A stretch of DNA of 64,000 nucleotides, taken from NCBI RefSeq assembly GCF_044647545.1, contig NZ_CP172818.1, one strand, 5' to 3'. Source of the stretch: Escherichia coli (GTDB lineage: Bacteria > Pseudomonadota > Gammaproteobacteria > Enterobacterales > Enterobacteriaceae). The stretch's first letter is position 1. Each line of letters begins with the position of its first letter. Below, piece by piece: positions 60,260 through 64,000 of the stretch. The notes beneath the pieces were generated by a model. The model was given only the letters and a program-made list of their open reading frames with translations, had not been told where the DNA came from and made no database searches. The position numbers were made by a program, and so were the translations under genes.

Positions 60260-60849
60260 TAAGGCCCTTTGGTTTGCGTTGTAGGCGGAAAGGGGGGGCG
60301 AACTGCTTAAACTTGTCGGGGTTGAGGTTATTGTGATTTTTATCGTCGGCACCTTCAGTAAGTCTCTCCCCTAGTTTCGCTTTTTTTGTCTGGTTTCGAA
60401 AGAGGTAAAAGTGGTGCGATGCCACCCCCCCCCATATTTTTTTCCCCCCTCTCTTTCCCCCCCCTCGACGCGCCCGTGCCGTTAACAATGAGCGCCATAC
60501 CACCAGAGCCGGGGCAAAAGCTGATGGAGAAGGATAATCACCTGTATCACTGTGTCGATATACAAGGATTGGATTTTAGGTTACATATAAGTATTAGAGT
60601 GCTGGTAATAATCATAATCAAATAGGACGGGGTACGTATCCGGCTCTAGCGTGTGTTTCTTTCGTTGATCTTTTATGTGCATCTTATCCTCCCCCCTGCC
60701 GGGCATCACGCCGTCGCGCTGTACCCTAAAGCGTGCACACTGCTGAGAGTAGACAAATCGATGCCATCATTCAGGCATTTGCTACTCTGAAGCAGTAATG
60801 TGAGCCCGCCGTGGTGTTGCGCCACGGCGGGTTTAATGTGTTGTGTGAT

Positions 60850-62050
60850 ATCACTTACACCAGGCTCAACGCCACCAGCACAAACGCTATCGGTAAACCG
60901 AGCGCGGTAACAGGTGCGTCACGCAAATAGCAATCCCAGATTGACCATGATTTGATAGCTGATCCAGGTGAGTAAGCCAACGATGACACCTACAGCGAGA
61001 CGGCTACCCATCCCTCGGGAGCGCGGGGCGCTAAAAATAAACTGGACAGCCAGGAAAAATAACCCCAGGGGTAGGAATGGTTTCCCCAGTTTTTCCAACA
61101 TGGCAAGGCGTTATCCGTGGTGGGTTGCCCCGTTTCCTGGCAATTATGGGAGTTATGGATTAAGTGGAGGGACGGAAAATATATTCCCCCGTCGTTATAA
61201 CTTTTCAATTTTTATACGTGTAAAGCGCTTGCCCGGGGCAATTTTATGATATTTTCCGAGTGTTTTTGCGCCTCTCCCCTATTTTTTCTTTCACTATTAC
61301 ACCATGCAGGATCCACGTTTTGTCGTCTTCAATGGTGGCACTGCGTGCATAAATGTAGGATTCGAGCGAAAGATTACCACGAGATTGTAATATCTCTCCG
61401 CCCACAGGGGCTCCCCGTGCTTGTTGCGCGTTTACCGCGACAAATTTTCTACCCCGCCCCTCCCACAGCGCATTTTGGGGGTAGTGACCTCCTCCCCCCC
61501 ACGGCGCTGGCAGTCGATTTGATTTGCAGCGCCTGTTGCTGCAATGGCGACGCCACCCACTCATCTATCGCGCCTAACGAAACAGTCCACAATATCCCGG
61601 CAACCAGCGCCACCAGTGCAATACGGAAGATAGAAAACCCAGTGCTGCGAATGGCGGTAAGCTCACTGTTTTTCGATAACTGCCCCAGGCCAACAATCCC
61701 TCCCAATAATGCGATAAACGGCGAAAGTTCGACCAGTGTACGCGGTAAGGTCATCAGCACCACCAGCACCGCCTGAGTCCAGCGATAACCGCCCGGGCTG
61801 ACATCATCCAGTTCGTTAATCAGGTTGAAGGTGGTAAAAAGCGGCAGCAATAGCCCTGCGGCGGCGGCAAAACCGAGAAAGAGATGACGGATTAAATAGC
61901 GACTGAAAACGTTCTTCGGGAAAATTTCTGGAGCAAAGAGAAGTCGCGTGCGACCAGCATCAGCAGGCCCATTAGCATGAGTCCGGGTACTAACCACAAA
62001 CCAGGAAGGATGGGGACGCGTTTGCGCCCGTTAGCGCACTCGGCAGACGT
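60850..62050 (-). pseudogene. LptG-like (YjgP/YjgQ family) permease, frameshifted
   Basis: ORF 61449-61997 gives ...SRYLIRHLFLGF...LTAIRSTGFSIFRIALVALVAGILW...; ORF 60919-61101 matches the LptG C-terminus in another frame. Confidence 0.55.
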
Positions 62051-62981
62051 CGCCGCCATAAAAAATGGCAATAAACAGCAACGTCAGTGGCAATAACGTT
62101 GTAAAATCGCCCTTGCCGCGGTTTTACCCGACTTAATGAAATGGCCAGCAGCGCCATCAACAATGCGGTCAGGCCACGGCTTTGTCGCCATTGCAGTTCG
62201 GCATGATCGGCAGGAAAGGCGGAGCGCGCCAGCTCCGTGACCGATTTTGCTTTGCGTTTGACGTTAGGGCTTTGATCCAGCGGATTCAGATGTAATTGCA
62301 GATTACGGTAGATCTGTTCGTTGTCGTCACGCCCCTGATGATCGAGAAGATAGGCGGTGCCATTCAACAAAATGATCGTTGGTTAGTTGAGTGGTCAACC
62401 ACACCAATCGAACGGACGCGGGAAAAACGTGTGCGATCGGTAGGAGAAGGATAAATCAGTGCGTGAGTCAGTCGAGCATTTATTTTATTAACCGACCGTC
62501 AAAGGAACATTCGTTCGTTAGTTTTCGTTTGTATTTTATTTCTTCCCCAACAAGTGGAGATCCACCAGCTACGGCTACGGCTGTTCCAGCCGATAAAAAT
62601 TCTGAGAATCCCACGGCCGACGATCCAACGACGGAAGGGGGATAAAAATACTTATTGGTATTATCAGAAAATGAAGGGCGGCTTTCAACCGTCGCCCAGG
62701 GCCCCCCCCGAGAGAGAGCTGGAGGTTATTAGCGGGTAGATATCCGTCCGACCGAGAGTCCAACCGACAGATACATACCGACAGGCAAGTACATCCCCAT
62801 CGCGAGCAGTACGCTGTATGTAACGATCGCTATCCCGAACATCAAGAGCTAAGGTCCCATTTGCCGCTTCGGTCAGATAACGCTGTGCGGAGTAGCTGGC
62901 GAAAATAAAGATCAGAAAACCGACGATAATCAGCACCAGACGGCGCGTACCACGCATGATGTAGTGTTCAACCAGCTTCAT
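61990..62981 (-). pseudogene. LptF-like (YjgP/YjgQ family) permease, frameshifted
   Basis: N-terminus MKLVEHYIMRGTRRLVLIIVGFLIF (62981) and C-terminal ...ELQWRQSRGLTALLMALLAISLSRVKPRQGR (ORF 61990-62370) resemble LptF but lie in different frames. Confidence 0.55.
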
Positions 62982-63011
62982 CTCACTAACACCCTCAATC
63001 CTTTGAATTTT

Positions 63012-63573
63012 TTATTCATTGATCAGTTTCTGCGCCAGCGCAATGACATGATCTACCTCTTCCGGCGTCAGGCTGCCGTCCTTTGCCCACTGAATTTGCC
63101 CGTCTTTATTCAGCACCAGAATGGTTGAACTCTGCTCCGGCAACCGCCAGGCAACGCGTCCCAGTCCATTGCCGTCAATAACGAATTGCGCCCACGGATA
63201 GCGGCGTTTATTTTTTTCGATTTTGCCAACGACAAAATAGCCAGTACCAAAGATGGCATCATCGGTGTTCACAATGGTGGTGGGCTGAAAACGATCCTGC
63301 GGAAAGTTTGCCGCTTCAACCGCTTTAATTAACAGTGGCTTTTTTTTTTTCGCGGCCACTCACCCGGCGCTATATTCGGTATAACGCGGTTTTCCCCCGC
63401 GATGTGTGCTGTTCCCCACTTTGTGGTGTGTATTGTCGTCGCTCTATTCAGAAGGATCGCCCCGTTCCTGGGTATTAAACGGGGGTAACCGTTTTGCCAG
63501 TGACAAAATTGTGTGCCTGCACACCCTGGGCTAAGAGCATGATAATCAGCGCAATAATCAAACGAGATGACAT
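63012..63573 (-). pseudogene. YtfJ-family periplasmic protein paralog, frameshifted near homopolymer runs
   Basis: C-terminal ORF 63012-63359 (...QDRFQPTTIVNTDDAI...RRYPWAQFVIDGNG...VLNKDGQIQWAKDGSLTPEEV) and N-terminal signal peptide MSSRLIIALIIMLLAQGVQAHNFVTGKTV from ATG 63573 resemble E. coli YtfJ but are out of frame. Confidence 0.55.
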
Positions 63574-64000
63574 CATTGCTCCGGTTATAGCGGAAAACGC
63601 GAAATCAGCAGCTCTAAGCGCTGGCGAATATCGCTATCCAGCGCCACCGGTGCATTATACGACCGGGCGGTTTTCCTAATAATCCCCACCATTGTGGCCG
63701 TGTTTTCCCCCATCAGGCCATTAATGGCGGCGAGGAAGCGGGAAATCTTTTATTGCTTTTGTTTATCAAGCGATCTTAAGGTGTCGTAATAAGAAACCTG
63801 CTGACTGATGATTTTTCGCACATCATGAAATTCCCTGCCGGTTAGTCGCGGTTTGGCAATTATCTTTTCATGTGAATTATTTTTTTTCGATAAAAATAAA
63901 AAAACTTCCGATTTTTGAATTGGTAAGGCTTAATGAAAATTCCACCAAGGACAAGACCGAAAAGTTTAATAAAACCCTAAACAATTTCCCTTAAACCAAC

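Overview
This window reads as an Escherichia coli K-12-like chromosomal segment (about 66-67 min) with conserved gene order: fumE(yggD)' - yggF - yggP - cmtAB - tktA - loiP - speB - speA - yqgB/C/D - metK - galP - sprT - endA - rsmE - gshB - yqgE - ruvX - yggR - yggSTU - rdgB - hemW - yggM - ansB - yggN - yggL - trmB - mutY - yggX - mltC - nupG - speC - yqgA - tRNA-Phe (pheV) - cryptic type II secretion remnant (yghDEFG, pppA, yghJ/sslE) - glcA, glcB, glcG, glcF, glcE, glcD / glcC - yghO. Gene calls rest on translated ORFs that I recognise as these E. coli proteins from memory, with start codons re-chosen and checked against the nucleotide sequence; no database search was run. No CRISPR array, rRNA, IS transposase or prophage is visible. 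I do not see a clean, intact novel system. What stands out is (i) an in-frame amber codon in yggP, (ii) several intergenic blocks with highly abnormal composition (long homopolymers, A/C-rich strand-skewed text, degenerate tandem copies) placed exactly between intact genes, and (iii) a degraded 7 kb tail after yghO holding frameshifted fragments of an acyl-CoA synthetase, an alpha-oxoamine synthase, an epimerase-like protein, LptF/LptG-family permeases and a YtfJ-like protein. These blocks are more likely sequence or assembly artefact than biology, but the tail could be a decayed accessory lipid-modification cluster; it is the region most worth checking against raw reads.
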